Shown here: in pieces, positions 34,110-49,100 of the stretch
Numbering within the stretch: position 1 is the stretch's first letter
Layout: each line of letters begins with the position of its first letter
Origin: Macrostomum lignano
Lineage: Eukaryota
DNA: 64,000 nt
Direction: 5' to 3'
NCBI GenBank assembly: GCA_002269645.1
Contig: NIVC01002390.1
Span: 1 to 64,000 of the forward strand
Notes under the pieces: generated by a model
The model's database searches: none
Seen by the model: the letters and a program-made list of their open reading frames with translations, nothing else
What the model was told of the DNA's origin: nothing
Translations under genes and position numbers: made by a program

Positions 34110-37100
34110 TCACAGGCTGCCGCTATCGGCAGATTCCAGCTCCTGCAGCGCGGCGGCCACCTGCAGCTGGTCATTGCGCAGGTAGCGAACCCGTTCCTCG
34201 AAGGCCACCTCGGCAGGCAGGCGGAGGCACAGCATCGGCTCGCGCTCTCTGGCCAGGTGTTCGCAGTACAGCCGCAGCAGCTGGTCCTGGTCCAGCAGTT
34301 TAATAGCGTCCTGATAGCGGCCCTGCAGCAGGCAGTCCAGCGGAGTCTGGCTGGCAATGGGAGCTGACAGGCTGCCGGGGCCCAGGTTGAACTTCGCCTG
34401 CCTCAGCCTGTCGCGGACGCCGGCCAACTCGCGGACAATTTCCTGGTCTGGCGACATTGGCAACTGGTCCACCGCTTTTGAGAACGCTTCGTGCAATGTT
34501 ACAGCCTGGAAAATGTTCATTTCGATACATATCGGTTGGAAATGTTAACTGGCTATAGGAATTCGATATGGAACTCTGATCATGATAATTATATAATTTT
34601 ATAATCTATATAAAATCAGTTAATTTCAGAAGAAATGACTCGCCATTAAGAAAAAATGACCCGTCATTCAACAGAAATGACCCGTCATTCAAAAGAAATG
34701 ACCCGTCATTCAACAAAAATGACCCGTCGTTCAAAACAAATGACCCGTCATTCAACAGAAATGACCCGTCATTCAACAGAAATGACCCGTCATTCAACAG
34801 AAATGACCCGTCATTCAAAAGAAATGACCCGTCATTCAACAGAAATGACCCGTCATTCAAAAGAAATGACCCGTCATTCAAAAGAAATGACCCGTCATTC
34901 AACAAAAATGACCCGTCGTTCAAAACAAATGACCCGTCATTCAACAGAAATGACCCGTCATTCAACAGAAATGACCCGTCATTCAACAGAAATGACCCGT
35001 CATTCAACAGAAATGACCCGTCATTCAACAGAAATGACCCGTCATTCAACAGAAATGACCCGTCATTCAACAGAAATGACCCGTCATTCAACAAAAATGA
35101 CCCGTCGTTCAAAACAAATGACCCGTCATTCAACAGAAATGACCCGTCATTCAAAACGAATGACCCTTCATTCAAAACAAATGACCCGTCATTCAAAACA
35201 AATGACCCTTCATTCAAAACAAATGACCCGTCATTCAACAGAAATGACCCGTCATTCAACAGAAATGACCCGTAATTCAAAACAAATGACCCTTCATTCA
35301 AAACAAATGACCCGTCATTCAAGACAAATGACCCTTCATTCAAAACAAATGACCCGTCATTCAAGACAAATGACCCTTCATTCAAAACAAATGACCCGTA
35401 ATTCAAAACAAATGACCCTTCATTCAACAGTAATGACCCTTCATTCAAAACAAATGACCCGTCATTCAACAGAAATGACCCGTAATTCAAAACAAATGAC
35501 CCGTCATTCAACAAAAATGACCCGTCATTCAAAACGAATGACCCGTCATTCAAAACAAATGACCCGTCATTCAACAGAAATGACCCGTAATTCAAAACAA
35601 ACGACCCGTCGTTCAAAACAAACGACCCGTCATTCAACAAAAATGACCCGTCATTCAACAAAAATGACCCGTCATTCAACAGTAATGACCCGTCATTCAA
35701 AAGAATAAACCGTCATTCAACAGAAATGACCCGTCATTCAAAAGAATAAACCGTCATTCAACAGAATAAACCGTCATTCAACAGAAATAACCCGTCATTC
35801 AACAGAAATGACCCGTCATTCAACACAAATGACCCGTCATTCAACAGAATAAACCGTCATTCAACAGAAATAACCCGTCATTCAACAGAAATGACCCGTC
35901 ATTCAAAACAAATGACCCGTCATTCAAAAGAATAAACCGTCATTCAACAGAATAAACCGTCATTCAACAGAAATAACCCGTCATTCAACACAAATGACCC
36001 GTCATTCAAAAGAATAAACCGTCATTCAACGGAATAAACCGTCATTCAACAGAATAAACCGTCATTCAACAGAAATGACCCGTCATTCAACAGAAATGAC
36101 CCGTCATTTAACAGAATTGACCCGTCATTCAACAGAATTGACCCGTCATTCAACAGAAATGACCCATTAGAGCAATGATTCACCGTTCAGATGAGCATCT
36201 CATGCAGTCAACTATTCAACTGTTGAAATGACCCGAACCTTGAGCCCAATTGTGGCCAGCCTATACTACTATTGAGTAGAAATAGGCAGGTGAAAACTCT
36301 AACCTGCAGACACAACCGGTTGAGCCCTCTGGCCAGTTTAAGCTGGTTGGCCTCCGACTGGCCGCTAGCCGACTGTCCGAACGCCACCTCGGCCACCCGT
36401 TCGGTGCAGGCATCCCTGGAGGCGCGAAACGTTTCAAACCGGTCGCGCAGCTGCAGCAGGACGTAGCGCTGGCTGTCAGCGTGGCTGGCACTCACGGCCG
36501 GGCTGATGTGGACAAACGGCAGCGAGATGGCGCGGAGGCTGTCAGCCAGGCGGCATAGCGGATCGGCCAGGGCAGCCGGCAGCCACGGCCGGACGGAGGC
36601 GCAGAGGCCGCTAAGCCGGTCGCCGGCCTCGGACACCACAGGCGGCCAGAGCTGGTAAAGTTCGCCTAGGCGGTCCGGCGGCAGGCTGGAGGCTTTGCTG
36701 GCGAACTCCTGGCGCAGCAGATTAGGGGGGGGGGGGTGGAACTCATGCGAGTGCTGGATTCTGTGATCCGAAACTGGAATTTTAGAATCTTAATTCACGA
36801 AATACCGCATCTCGAATCCTAGAATCCCACATCTCAAATCCCAGAATCCTACATCCCGAATCCCAGAATCCCACATCTCAAATCCCAGAATCCCACATCT
36901 CGAATCCCAGAATCCCACATCTCAAATCCCAGAATCCCACATCCCGAATCCCACATCTCAAATCCCAGAATCCCACATCTCGAATCCCAGAATCCCACAT
37001 CTCAAATCCCAGAATCCCACATCCCGAATCCCAGAATCCCACATCTCAAATCCCAGAATCCCACATCTCGAATCCCAGAATCCCACATGTCAAATCCCTT

Positions 37101-40100
37101 CAAACTCTAAATCTTAAATCCCAGAGAAAATTCCAAAGCCTGAATTTCGCACCTGCCACTCGAGCTCCCCCGGTCCGGGCGGCTCCTCCTGCGGGCTGGT
37201 GGACGGCGCCGAGGACGGGCTCAGACTGGCTCCAGTGGCCGGCTCCCGCTGCGGCAGGGCGGCAACCAGCTCCTCTTCTTCGTCGTCGCTGCTACTAGAA
37301 GAAGACTCCTCCCGGCGGAGTCGGCGACCAGTCGTAGGCGAGGCGGCGGCGTCCCGGTCGGAGGCGGCATCGCCGTAGCTGTCGCTGTAGATGGGGACGC
37401 TGCCGACACCCCAGTTGAGCTTGACGTGGCCGGGGTGAGTCGGGCTGTCCGGGTCCTCGATGTTGAGGAAGCCGAGCTGGTCGTCGATGAAGCCGACGAT
37501 GTTGTAGTAGCGCAGCTCGGAGCTGCTCGAGTCCTCGAGCAGGAGGTCATCTGAGGACACGGGCGTTTGATTGATACACATTGGGGATAATTAGCTACTA
37601 AATGAGTCACCTGTGACCAATCAGGGATAATTAGCTACTAAATGAGTCACCTGTGACCAATCAGGGATAATTAGCTACTAAATGAGTCACCTGTGACCAA
37701 TCAGGGATAATTAGCTACTAAATGAGTCACCTGTGACCAATCAGGGATAATTAGCTACCAAATGAGTCACCTGTGACCAATCAGGGATAATTAGCTACCA
37801 AATGAGTCACCTGTGACCAATCAGAGAAAATTAGCTACCAAATCAGTCACCCGTGACCAGTTAGGGATAATTAGCTACCAAGTGAGTCACCTGTGACCAA
37901 TTAGAAATAATTAGCTACCACAGTTATGCCAACATACCAGTCTGCTCATTTGTAGAGGTGGTATCACTGCTAGAGTGCACGCTGCCCTGCCTGTCAATGG
38001 TCTCAGTAGACTGGCTGAATATCACCTGTAAAGAATAAATGGTGCAAAAGGTTGTGATGCACAAAGCTGTGCTTTAGTATTAGAAGATTAGCTAATTTAA
38101 TATTTATGACTGGCAGTCCGTTTCCCAGCGCTAAGCGAAAGCCAAAACATACTGTCGGTGCGAAAATTAACTGTTGAAAGCATAAAATTATGTACATGTT
38201 ATTTATTGACTACTTGCAGTATGAGACTGGCGAGTAGCAGTTAGAGCCTAATTGATATTTATGCTTATCGGCATTCATGGAAACACTGCTTAGACAAATG
38301 CACTTTTAGCCAATGTAGTAGTCTGGCATAACAATGGTTAAATCTTCATTAATTAAGTGTTATTTTTATTCAAATTACTGCCGTATTATTTTTGAATACC
38401 AGCTCAACAGGCGATGGTTTCTAACTGGCCAAAAACTTTCTGTAGTTGCTAAGGCTTCGGATGGTTGCTAAGTGTTTGGGTGGTTGCCAAGGCCTTGGGT
38501 AGTTGCTAAGGGTTTGTGTGTTTGCTAAGGCTTTGAGTGGTTGCTAAGGCTTTGGGTAGTTGTTAAGGCTTTGGGTGGTTGCTAAGGCTTTGGGTAGTTG
38601 CTAAGGGTTTGTGTGTTTGCTAAGGCTTTGAGTGGTTGCTAAGGCTTTGGGTAGTTGTTAAGGCTTTGGGTGGTTGCTAAGGCTTTGGGTAGTTGCTAAG
38701 GGTTTGTGTGTTTGCTAAGGCTTTGAGTGGTTGCTAAAGCTTTGGGTAGTTGCTAAGGGTCTGGGTGGTTGCTAAAGGTTTGGGTAGTTGCTAAGGCTTT
38801 GGGTAGTTGCTAAGGCTTTGGGTGGTTGCTAAGGGTTTGGGTGGTTGCCAAGGCTTTGGGTAGTTGCTAAGGGTTTGTGTGTTTGCTAAGGCTTTGAGTG
38901 GTTGCTAAAGCTTTGGGTAGTTGCTAAGGGTCTGGGTGGTTGCTAAAGGTTTGGGTAGTTGCTAAGGCCTTGGGTAGTTGCTAAGGCTTTGGGTGGTTGC
39001 TAAGGGTTTGGGTGGTTGCTAAGGCTTTGGTGGTTGCTAAGGTTTTGGGTAGTTGCTACGGCTTTGGGTGGTTGCCAAGAGGTTCAGATGGCTGCCAGTA
39101 GCAGTAATGCTTGTGACCAGCTGCTTGTAAAGCGTTGGGAATTTAGTATTTAGGAAGGAGGCATGCAGGTGAGATGTCTGAATGTGATTTAAATTTCCAT
39201 GATTTCGATTTAATGATAAACAGTTAAACAAACAGATAAAGGTTAGAGAAAATTCAGAACGAGAGGCCTACAGAAGACAATAGACAGAAAAACACAAACA
39301 AACAAATAAACAAAATAAACGAGTCTATAAAGCAGTTCACGAATGCCCTGGACAAGCATAAATTCACAAAAATGCTGAATGGTCAAACTAATAGTCAAAT
39401 GATTAGTCAATAAATGATTTAGAATAGCAAACCACTTACTCTGCCAGCTCGCCTAGTTGTGGCAAACTTCTAAAAATGGCGCCAATACATTGGAAAAATA
39501 AAGCAGTGAAAGATTTTTCTGTAACAGAAATCAAGGACATCCACAGATACTAGAATAATTAGTTGGGCCACTCCTCACATTTGCGTGCAAACTACTTTTA
39601 GTTCAGTAGTAAGTTAAACTGAAGCATTTTAATGTGTTTTATAAGCCAAGGCTCTCCCCCCAGCTTAAACCCTCCAACCGCGCCTTTCCACACTCCCCCC
39701 CGCCACGCCCCAATGTTTATTGCCTTTCTCGGAATTCCAGCCTAAAGCTGCCATGTACATTTCAGTGGACTGGCTAATGTACATTATTGCTGAACCAATT
39801 AGCAAGTTGTTTACGCCTGCAAGCTTGGGCTTCTAAACTTATCAAAGTCATTTCAGCTGGCTTTATTTTTATAAATAGCTTATGTATTCTTCTTTGCTAC
39901 TGAACTGAAAGTAGAAAAATGTTTTACGAAGTATATATGCTTGAGTGGCCCATCTAGTTATTTTAGTATCTGTGAGGACACCTGCCCTATGCTACTGCAA
40001 GTAGGTACGAGTTCAATGCTAGATATTGATAAGTTTGCCCGTAAAAATTACAAAAAGCAGAAGATCGAGCGCGTGCAATTTTGGAGTTCAGCAGCAAAGA

Positions 40101-43100
40101 AACACAAGCACGCACAGAGCCCAAGGCAGATTCTACAGTCAGCTGATATTGTTTCGATAAGGGAGGCGCACCAAATCAAGCTTGAGTCAGAAATAATCGA
40201 TTTTGCAATCAGCGCAAAAATATTAAATTATGAAAACTATTGCATGCTTTGTGAACTAGCAGGCCAGGTGCGATTTTACTGAGTATTTTGGTTTGGAATT
40301 CTGAATCACCATCCCCCCACCGTGACCCTGTCTGAATCACCATCCCCCACTGTGACCCTGTCTGAATCACTATCCCCCACCGTGACCCTGTCTGAATCAC
40401 AATTCTCCCACCGTGACCCTGTCTGAATCACTATCCCCCACCGTGACCCTGTCTGAATCACCATCCCCCCACCGTGACCCTGTCTGAATCACAATCCCCC
40501 ACTGTGACCCTGTCTGAATCACAATTCCCCCACCGTGACCCTGTCTAAATCACAATTCCCCCACCGTGACCCTGTCTAAATCACCATCCCCCCACCGTGA
40601 CCCTGTCTGAATCACCATCCCCCACTGTGACCCTGTCTGAATCACTATCCCCCACCGTGACCCTGTCTGAATCACAATTCTCCCACCGTGACCCTGTCTG
40701 AATCACTATCCCCCACCGTGACCCTGTCTGAATCACAATCCCCCACTGTGACCCTGTCTGAATCACTATCCCCCACCGTGACCCTGTCTGAATCACAATT
40801 CCCCCACCGTGACCCTGTCTGAATCACCATCCCCCCACCGTGACCCTGTCTGAATCACTATCCCCCACCGTGACCCTGTCTGAATCACAATTCTCCCACC
40901 GTGACCCTGTCTGAATCACAATTCCCCCACCGTGACCCTGTCTGAATCACAATCCCCCACTGTGACCCTGTCTGAATCACAATTCCCCCACCGTGACCCT
41001 GTCTGAATCACAATCCCCCACTGTGACCCTGTCTGAATCACAATCCCCCACTGTGACCCTGTCTAAATCACCATCCCCCCACCGTGGCCCTGTCTGAATC
41101 ACAATTCCCCCACCGTGGCCAGTCTTAACTATTAACCAGGATTGCTAAACTCAGACAATATTATAGACGCTGGTGAGAATGCCGCGATCGAGAAACCGAC
41201 ACGCTTTAAATCTATACCTGGGAGGCATATTAGCAAGCAGATAGTCTTTAACCAGTCTTTAACCAAGGCCCAAGGGTGAATGGACCCCAATTTCAAATAC
41301 AGCTGTACCATAAATAACATTTATTAAAATTCTACTTAAACGATCGATTGATTGATTGATTGATTGGTTTAACTTTATGCATTGAGTGATTGATCGTTTT
41401 GATTCTTGATTGACTGATTGATTGATCATTTCGATTCTTGATTGACTGATTGATTGATCGTTTCGATTCTTGATTGACTGATTGATTGATCGTTTCGATT
41501 CTTGATTGACTGATTGATTGATCATTTCGATTCTTGATTGACTGATTGATTGATCGTTTCGATTCTTGATTGACTGATTGATTGATCATTTCGATTCTTG
41601 ATTGACTGATTGATTGATCGTTTCGATTCTTGATTGACTGATTGATTGATCGTTTTGATTCTTGATTGACTGATTGATTGATCGTTTTGATTCTTGATTG
41701 ACTGATTAATTGATCATTTCGATTCTTGATTGACTGATTGATTGATCGTTTTGACTATTGATCGACAGATTAATTGTTTAGATTCCTGATTTGATTGGTG
41801 TATGATTCAAATGATTAACAGCCACATGCCTGTAGTATCATACAGAAGTACAATTGGGTAATAACTGTTGGATGTAAGCGGATATTGTAATCACCGATGA
41901 TATAAATACATTATAGGACAAATAAGCACTGCTTGTACTGCACTATGCGTACAGCACACACAGACAGAAACAAAATGAATGCAGGGGGAAGGGGGAGTTT
42001 GAAAATCGTTTTGGTCAACAATCTTCTGTTCGGGCAATGGTTGATTTACCTTATGCCAGTAGGCATCCTAAAAATTGGAATTGGCACAGCAATTGGTTGC
42101 GTTGAGTGCATGCGGGTTGGGGTTGCCAGATGCTTATAGATAATAAATTAATAATTTCGCACTTCTAAACAAAACATGCTAAGACAAGCGGCGATACCTA
42201 GGTACAAAATATTTCTTTTTAATTAATATGCTAGTATTTCTACTGGAACTAGCATAAGTTGCGCACATCAATTTTAAAACTAAACTAAACTAATTTGGGC
42301 TGGACAACATTAGGAAAATTACATTATGCTTTGGTACACATCAGAGAAACGATATACATGTAGAAACATAAGCTAACAACAGCTCAGGATGCAGATATAT
42401 ATATTTACAAGCTGGTAAATAACGGATTCTATGCCAAGTCAAAATGCACTTTTTATAAGCTTTTAGTTCCAATTGAACTTAGCAGCAGCTCTAACTAATA
42501 GCAGTACAAGTGAAATCCGCTGAAGTCCGCTTGCAGCCAATTAATGTGACTCAATGCACTTCACTGATAACTTAATGCCTGTCACTCTCTGTTTTTCACT
42601 CTTCTCTGGCTGTCTGTCACTCTCTGTTTTTCACTCTTCTCTGGCTGTCTGTCACTCTCTGTTTTTCACTCTTCTCTGGCTGCCTGTCACTCTTTGTTCT
42701 TTTCACTCTTCTCTGGCTGCCTGTCACTCTTTGTTCTTTTCACTCTTCTCTGGCTGCCTGTCACTCTTTGTTCTTTTCACTCTTCTCTGGCTGCCTGTCA
42801 CTCTTTGTTCTTTTCACTCTTCTCTGGCTGCCTGTCACTCTTTGTTCTTTTCACTCTTCTCTGGCTGCCTGTCACTCTTTGTTCTTTTCACTCTTCTCTG
42901 GCTGCCTGTCACTCTTTGCTTTCTTGGAAAACTGTAAAAATCCACTTTTATCTCCCTTACTCTGTTTTCCTGCTCCTGTTTCCAAGCCCTTGTATTGAAT
43001 GAATCAGGAAAAGCATATCAGTAAATACAAACTGCGCAAATCGGCAAAACAAAACTGGGAATGCAAAACAAAAACCAAATCGCGGCAATCCCAACTCACC

Positions 43101-46100
43101 GATGGAGACTTTGGCAGGCCGGCTCGGGCGCCAAAATAGCCGGCGCACAGGGCAACCAGCCGGATTCGAACTCGGGGCACCTGCGGCAGGTGCCGATCGC
43201 CGCCGCTAGTGCCGCCGCCGCCACCGCTGCTGCTGCCACCGCCGCCGCCGCCACCTCCGCTAGCCAGAGAGCGCTTCTCACCACAGCCGCCGCTGCCGCT
43301 GTCGGAGGAAGACAGAGAGCCGCCTCCGCCGCCGCCGATGGCTGGCGGTGCCGACACAGCCGAAGCCATAGACGCTGTGGAGGCTGCGGCAGCTGGATGA
43401 TGATGCTGCTGCTGCTGCTGAGCCGATTGAGCAGCACCGCCAATTTGATCTTCCGAGCGAACGTCGAAGGTGAAGTTGAGAGTTCGGCCTGGGAGTTCGC
43501 GACGCGGCGGCTCAGCCTCCGGCAGGGGGACCAGCGGCAGCACAAGCGGGTGCTTCGTGTGCGAGGCGGGCGGCACGCTGCTGGACTTGAACACCAGGTG
43601 CTTGAGAATCTGCGTGTTGGGTTGCAGGTAGGTGGATTATTTTTAGTGAATTTTGGAATGGCATAGTCCCTGGTTGGATAATTCCTACTGTTGTTTGGCG
43701 ATGGTTAATGAGCGATTCTACGGGCTCTTGGAGTCTAAAACTCATGCTGATTAACAGGGGATTTTCAAATTGGATAACATGGGAATTTCAAATTGGATAA
43801 CAGGGGATTTTCAAATTGGATAACAGGGGAATTTCAAATTGGATAACATGGGAATTTCAAATTGGATAACAGGGGATTTTCAAATTGGATAACAGGGGAA
43901 TTTTGAGATTGGATAACAGGGGAATTTGAGACTGGATAACAGGGGAATTTTGAGATTGGATAACAGGGGAATTTGAGATTGGATAACAGGGGAATTTTAA
44001 ATTGGATAACAGAAGAATTTGAGATTGGATAACAGGGGAATTTAAAATTGGATAACAGGGGAATTCGAGATTGGATAACAGGGGAATTTAAAATTGGATA
44101 ACAGGGGAATTTGAGATTGGATAACAGGGGAATTTAAAATTGGATAACAGGGGAATTTGAGATTGGATAACAGTGGTATTTCAAATTGGATAACAGGGGA
44201 ATTTGAGATTGGATAACAGGGGAATTTGAGACTGGATAAAAGGGGTATTGAGATTAGATAACAGGGGAATTTAAAATTGGATAACAGGGGAATTTGAGAT
44301 TGGATAACAGGGGAATTTGAGACTGGATAAAAGGGGTATTGAGATTAGATAACAGGGGAATTCAAAATTGGATAACAGGGGAATTTGAGATTGGATAACA
44401 GGGGAATTTGAGATTGGATGACAGGGGAATTTGAGATTGGATAACAGGGGAATTTCTAATTGGATAACAGGGGAATTTGAGATTGGATAACAGGGGAATT
44501 CCAGATTAGATAACAGGGGAATTCCAGATTAGATAACAGGGGAATCTTATGATGGATAACTGGAGAAATTCAGATTGGATAACAGGGGAATTTCAAAGTG
44601 GATAGGGAATCTCAGGGTGGAAAATAGATCTCAGTGGATAGTCAGGATCTCAAGGCAGGTTCACACAGAAGCCGTACCGCATGCAGTCGCATGGTGTCAC
44701 CGCAGCCGTGGGCAATCTGCCTAGTCAGTATGTGCACCAAGGGCCTCGCCACCTCCTCCGTCAAATCAACATTGCTCAACAGTGCGTGCAGAGCGCCCTG
44801 CGAGTGCGGCAGCAGCACGGCTGGCCAGGCCTCCAGCTGACCGAGAGCCTGGCGCACCAGAGCCGGGCCCAGCCCGGGGAAAGCGTCGCACAGATAGCGG
44901 CAAACGCAGCGGCACCATTGCCCAGCATCGCGGGTGAAGGAATTCCTGCTGTACTGCGCCAGCACCACGCTAAGCTGGCTGGTGGCATCTGGCCAGCTGT
45001 CCTGGCCGAAGGTGCCCAGCCTGGCGGCCGCGTCTCTGGCTTGCTGCGGCGAATTGTCATAGTGCAGCAGCAGGTAGGGCAGCAGTTGCAGCGTTAGCGA
45101 CGCGAAGCCGCTTTCAGCGCCGCGCGGCTCTGTGACGGGCGACATTAGCAGGCGCGGCAGGCGGCACATCACGGCAAAGGCCGGCTCAACCAGGGCCGGA
45201 GCGGACGGGCAGCAGGCCCGGCCGAGGAGGCGCACCAGACCAGGATAGTCGGGCCATTCGAAGCGCAGCCTAGGCGGCTGGTGCTGCTCCTGAAGCCGGT
45301 CGACCAGCTGGCCGAGTATGCGCAGAGACAGCGTGAGCTCGTGCTCCACCTGTACAGGTGCGATGGGTTGGATAAAACAAATATTATTGGCATGGAGGGG
45401 CTGCGGGAATCCTGTCGCTATGCCTTCGGCGACATCGTCCCACAACCAGCGCTGACGGCAATGCTGCCCATTCCGCTGACTGTTGAGCACATAACTACTA
45501 AGGACTTCCGTTTGGCATGATTTTGGAGGTGAGGTGGGTGTCAAACCTCCTCGCCTCCCATTGGCTGGTGCCCCCAGGAACCGGATACGCATATCGATAT
45601 TGGCGCTCGGCGCCCGCGCTGCTTATTTTGCTGCTCATATTTATGTTTAATATGCGTCAATATGTGAAAATATACGCAATTTAGACTACTATAAGTAGTT
45701 TTCACTAGCCTACTTTTTGTTAATTGTTAATAACTACTCGTACGTATCGATGAATACAAAATCAATAAGTACATATCGGGGCGCCTGCGGGGCGCGTACA
45801 TATCGGTGCTTATTGGATATTACGAATTCCTGGGGGGCGCCAGCCAATGAGAGGCGAGAATGGTTGACACCCACCTCACCTCCAAAATCATGGGTTGTGG
45901 CATGTGCACTCTTGGGCTTGAGTGAGGATACATAAGACGGCGCTGCTCACATCGGACTCCAGCAGGCACACGGATATCCACCAAAGCACCGAGAATCTCT
46001 CGTCAGCCTGATTGGCCAGCCGCCTAGCCAATCCGCTGCTAGAACCGGACGAGGCAGCCAATCCGGAGGCCTCCTTGGTGTAGGACAAGTCCGTCACTGT

Positions 46101-49100
46101 CACGGCTCGATGATGCCTGCTCGACGCGCCAGCGGCAGACGCCGCAGAGTTGACAGCTGACGCAGCTCCGACAGAGTGCTGATTGTGCGCTGGACTGCCG
46201 TGCGATATGCCTGCAGTGTAGCTGGTGGATCGAATGTGCTGCTGCTGCGGGTCGGACTCATCTATGAGGTGCTGTTGCTGCTGATGATGAAGCTGTTTGG
46301 GAAGCTGCACAGGCGATTGACGATTCTGCAGTTCTGTAGTTGATTTAACCATTATTGAGCCGTCGCCTCCGCTGCCAGGAGTGCCAGTTCGAGTTGACGA
46401 TTGCGACTGAGAATTCGATGTGTGAGTTCTCTGCTGCTGCTGCTGGCTATGATGCAGCGCAGAGGCTGGGGAACAGTTAGCGAATCGCACGCAGCTATCC
46501 AGGGTTAGGAGCAGCTCTCGAACGTAGCACTGATCTTCGCCGGGTTCGGAGACCGTCTCGATTAGGCGCTGGGTCAGGTCGCCTAATCTGGCCATGCTCA
46601 GTGGCTGGCCGAGAGCTCGGAACACCTGAGACAGTTGATGAGTTGATGGAATTTGCCTTGCTTTATATTTATTTTCGATACATGTCGGGAGCAGAAATTG
46701 AACACTGACGCTTTATGTATGTAGAAATAAACAGATCTAAACAAAGACTGACTCGAGGTCAAAACAAAGAGCTGCTATAGATCAATCTAAACAAAGACTG
46801 ACTCGAGATCAAAACAAAGAGAAAGAGTAACTATAGATCAATCTAAACAAAGACTGACTCGAGATCAAAACAAACAGCTGCTATAGATCAATCTAAACAA
46901 GGGCTGGCTTGAGATCAAAACAAACAGCTGCTATAGATCAATCTAAACAAGGGCTGGCTTGAGATCAAAACAAACAGCTGCTATAGATCAATCTAAACAA
47001 GGGCTGGCTTGAGATCAAAACAAACAGCTGCTATAGATCAATCTAAACAAGGGCTGGCTTGGGATCAAAACAAAGAGCTGCTATAAATCAATCTAAACAA
47101 AGAGTAGGCTGACTCGAGATCAAAACAAAGAGCTGCTATAGATTAATCTAAACGAAGACTGACTCGAGATCAAAACAAAGAGCTGCTATAGATCCATTGA
47201 AACAAAGAGTTTCGATGAAATAAAACGGTATCTAGGTAAAGAAGCGTTCAGAGTCACTGGTGTCGCCCCAGAGTCGTTGCAGGTAGCACAGGTAAAATAG
47301 GAAGAAGTGACTCTAGACGACTTTAAATAGATGAGATTTCACGGTACAAGTCGCCAAAATTTGTCAAAGCCTAAACGACAATTTAAGGCGTTTTATTAAA
47401 CTCTGAAACTGGAGCGACGCAAATGACTCTGGGGCCGTAGGTCGTATCTGAGACGTTGTAGGTGCGGCCTGTTTTGATCTTCAATCAGTCTTTGAAAAAA
47501 CAGAGACGAATAAAGCAATAACGGAAGTCGCACCTGGAGCGACCTGCCGGCATAGTGCCGACTAGCGCAGGACAGGCCGGCGACCAAGGCGTACTCTGCC
47601 CAGTCCACCGATTCGCCGAAAGTGCTGCCTAGCAGTTGCACCAGCTCAGCCAGGGTGCAAATTGAAGCCGACGTGCCGACACCGCCTGCCGCTGAAGCTC
47701 CGCTGGCTGTTGCGCCGCCAGGACCGCCGACATTCACTACGCCGACAACGGCACAAGCGCAGGCCCTGGCCTGCAAATAAGCGTCGTCACGTTGGAGCAG
47801 CGGCTTGCCGGGCTCCTTAGTGAGCAGCTCGGTCAGTTGGCGAGCGCCGCCGCCTTCCACCAGATAGGCTGAGACTCTCTGATCCGGCTGGCTCTGGTCC
47901 GGCGTCAGGGTGGTCAGCGAGGGCGACGCCTGGGCGTGAAAGAATTAGAGAACGGTTTAGAGAATGCCCCAATAGAATAAATCTGAGACTAGGACTTCGA
48001 TCTTGGAATCTAATGCACTTTAAGCGACATTGACACACAACCGGCGAGAGGCATTACTGCCCATTCCGACGACTCCCCTGAGCAGGCATACAAGCGCGCG
48101 GATACGTACGCAGTCATACGCACAAGCACACACTCACAGACATGTACACACTTCGCTGTGCCCCAAGGTTGGCCCTTAAGGGCGTTAATTTGCACGAGCA
48201 AAGCCAAGGCCGAGATTCTAATTTAGTCCCAAATTTATGTGACTGCACTTGGAATCAAACCTGAGCTCCTGGCACATCAAAGCACTGCGCCAGACCACTT
48301 AGGCTACGAACCCCTCGAATCTAATGTAAGATAAAATCTAATATAATGAATTTGGACACTAAAAATTTTGAGTTCGACGTTCGACTTTACTTAAATTCTG
48401 TCCATAGATTTTATTGTAGATTTTTGTCTAGATCTTCGAATTCCGTATCTAGATATTTGAATTCCGTGTCTAGATCTTGGAATTCCGTGTCTAGATCTTT
48501 AATGGTATCGTATCTAGATCTTCAAATTTTGTTCCTAGATCTTCAAGTTCCATGTCTAGATCTTCGAATTCCGTGTCTTAGATATTTGAATTCCGTGTCT
48601 AGATCTTTAATCGTATCGTATCTAGATCTTCAAATTTTGTTCCTAGATCTTCAAGTTCCGTGTCTAGATCATTGAATTCCGTGTCTAGATCTTTGAATTC
48701 CGTGTCTAGATCTTCGAATTCCGTGTCTAGATCTTTAATGGTATCGTATCTAGATCTTCAAATTTTGTTCTTAGATCTTTAAGTTCCATGTCTAGATCTT
48801 TGAATTCCGTGCCTAGATCTTTGAATTCTGTGTCTAGAGCTTCAAATTCTGCGTCCAGATGTATGGATCTCATACTATGAGCTAGATTATAGGGTAATTC
48901 ATTAAAATATCAACCATTACCTTAATAGCCACCTCTCCCACAGGGGAGCCCCTCAGGCTAAGCAGAGCGTGCCGGAACACATCGGAGGTCGGATAGAGCA
49001 CAGTGCACAGCTGCAGCAGTACCAGACGGGCCTCCATATGAACCCTTGGCTTAGCGTGGTCCATAGCCAGCACGCAGGCGTGCAGCAGAGTCGGCAGCCG

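Noticed and set aside
34606-35708. 364-aa and 350-aa repeat ORFs
   Set aside because: 21-nt minisatellite lying between good fry splice sites (36303 and 34506); the open frame follows from unit length.
39941-40282. 113-aa plus-strand ORF nested in fry intron 15
   Set aside because: Begins inside the MITE terminus; no recognisable domain or splice signals.
41135-41225. Extra fry exon after ctcccAG in intron 15
   Set aside because: The required phase 0 gives GTA TAG immediately; exon 38025-37938 already supplies the conserved VIFS segment.
44642-45592. 316-aa ORF starting in the MITE as an exonised transposon N-terminus
   Set aside because: FRY homology (LLESD|VEHE) places the acceptor at 45350; the upstream part is intronic read-through.
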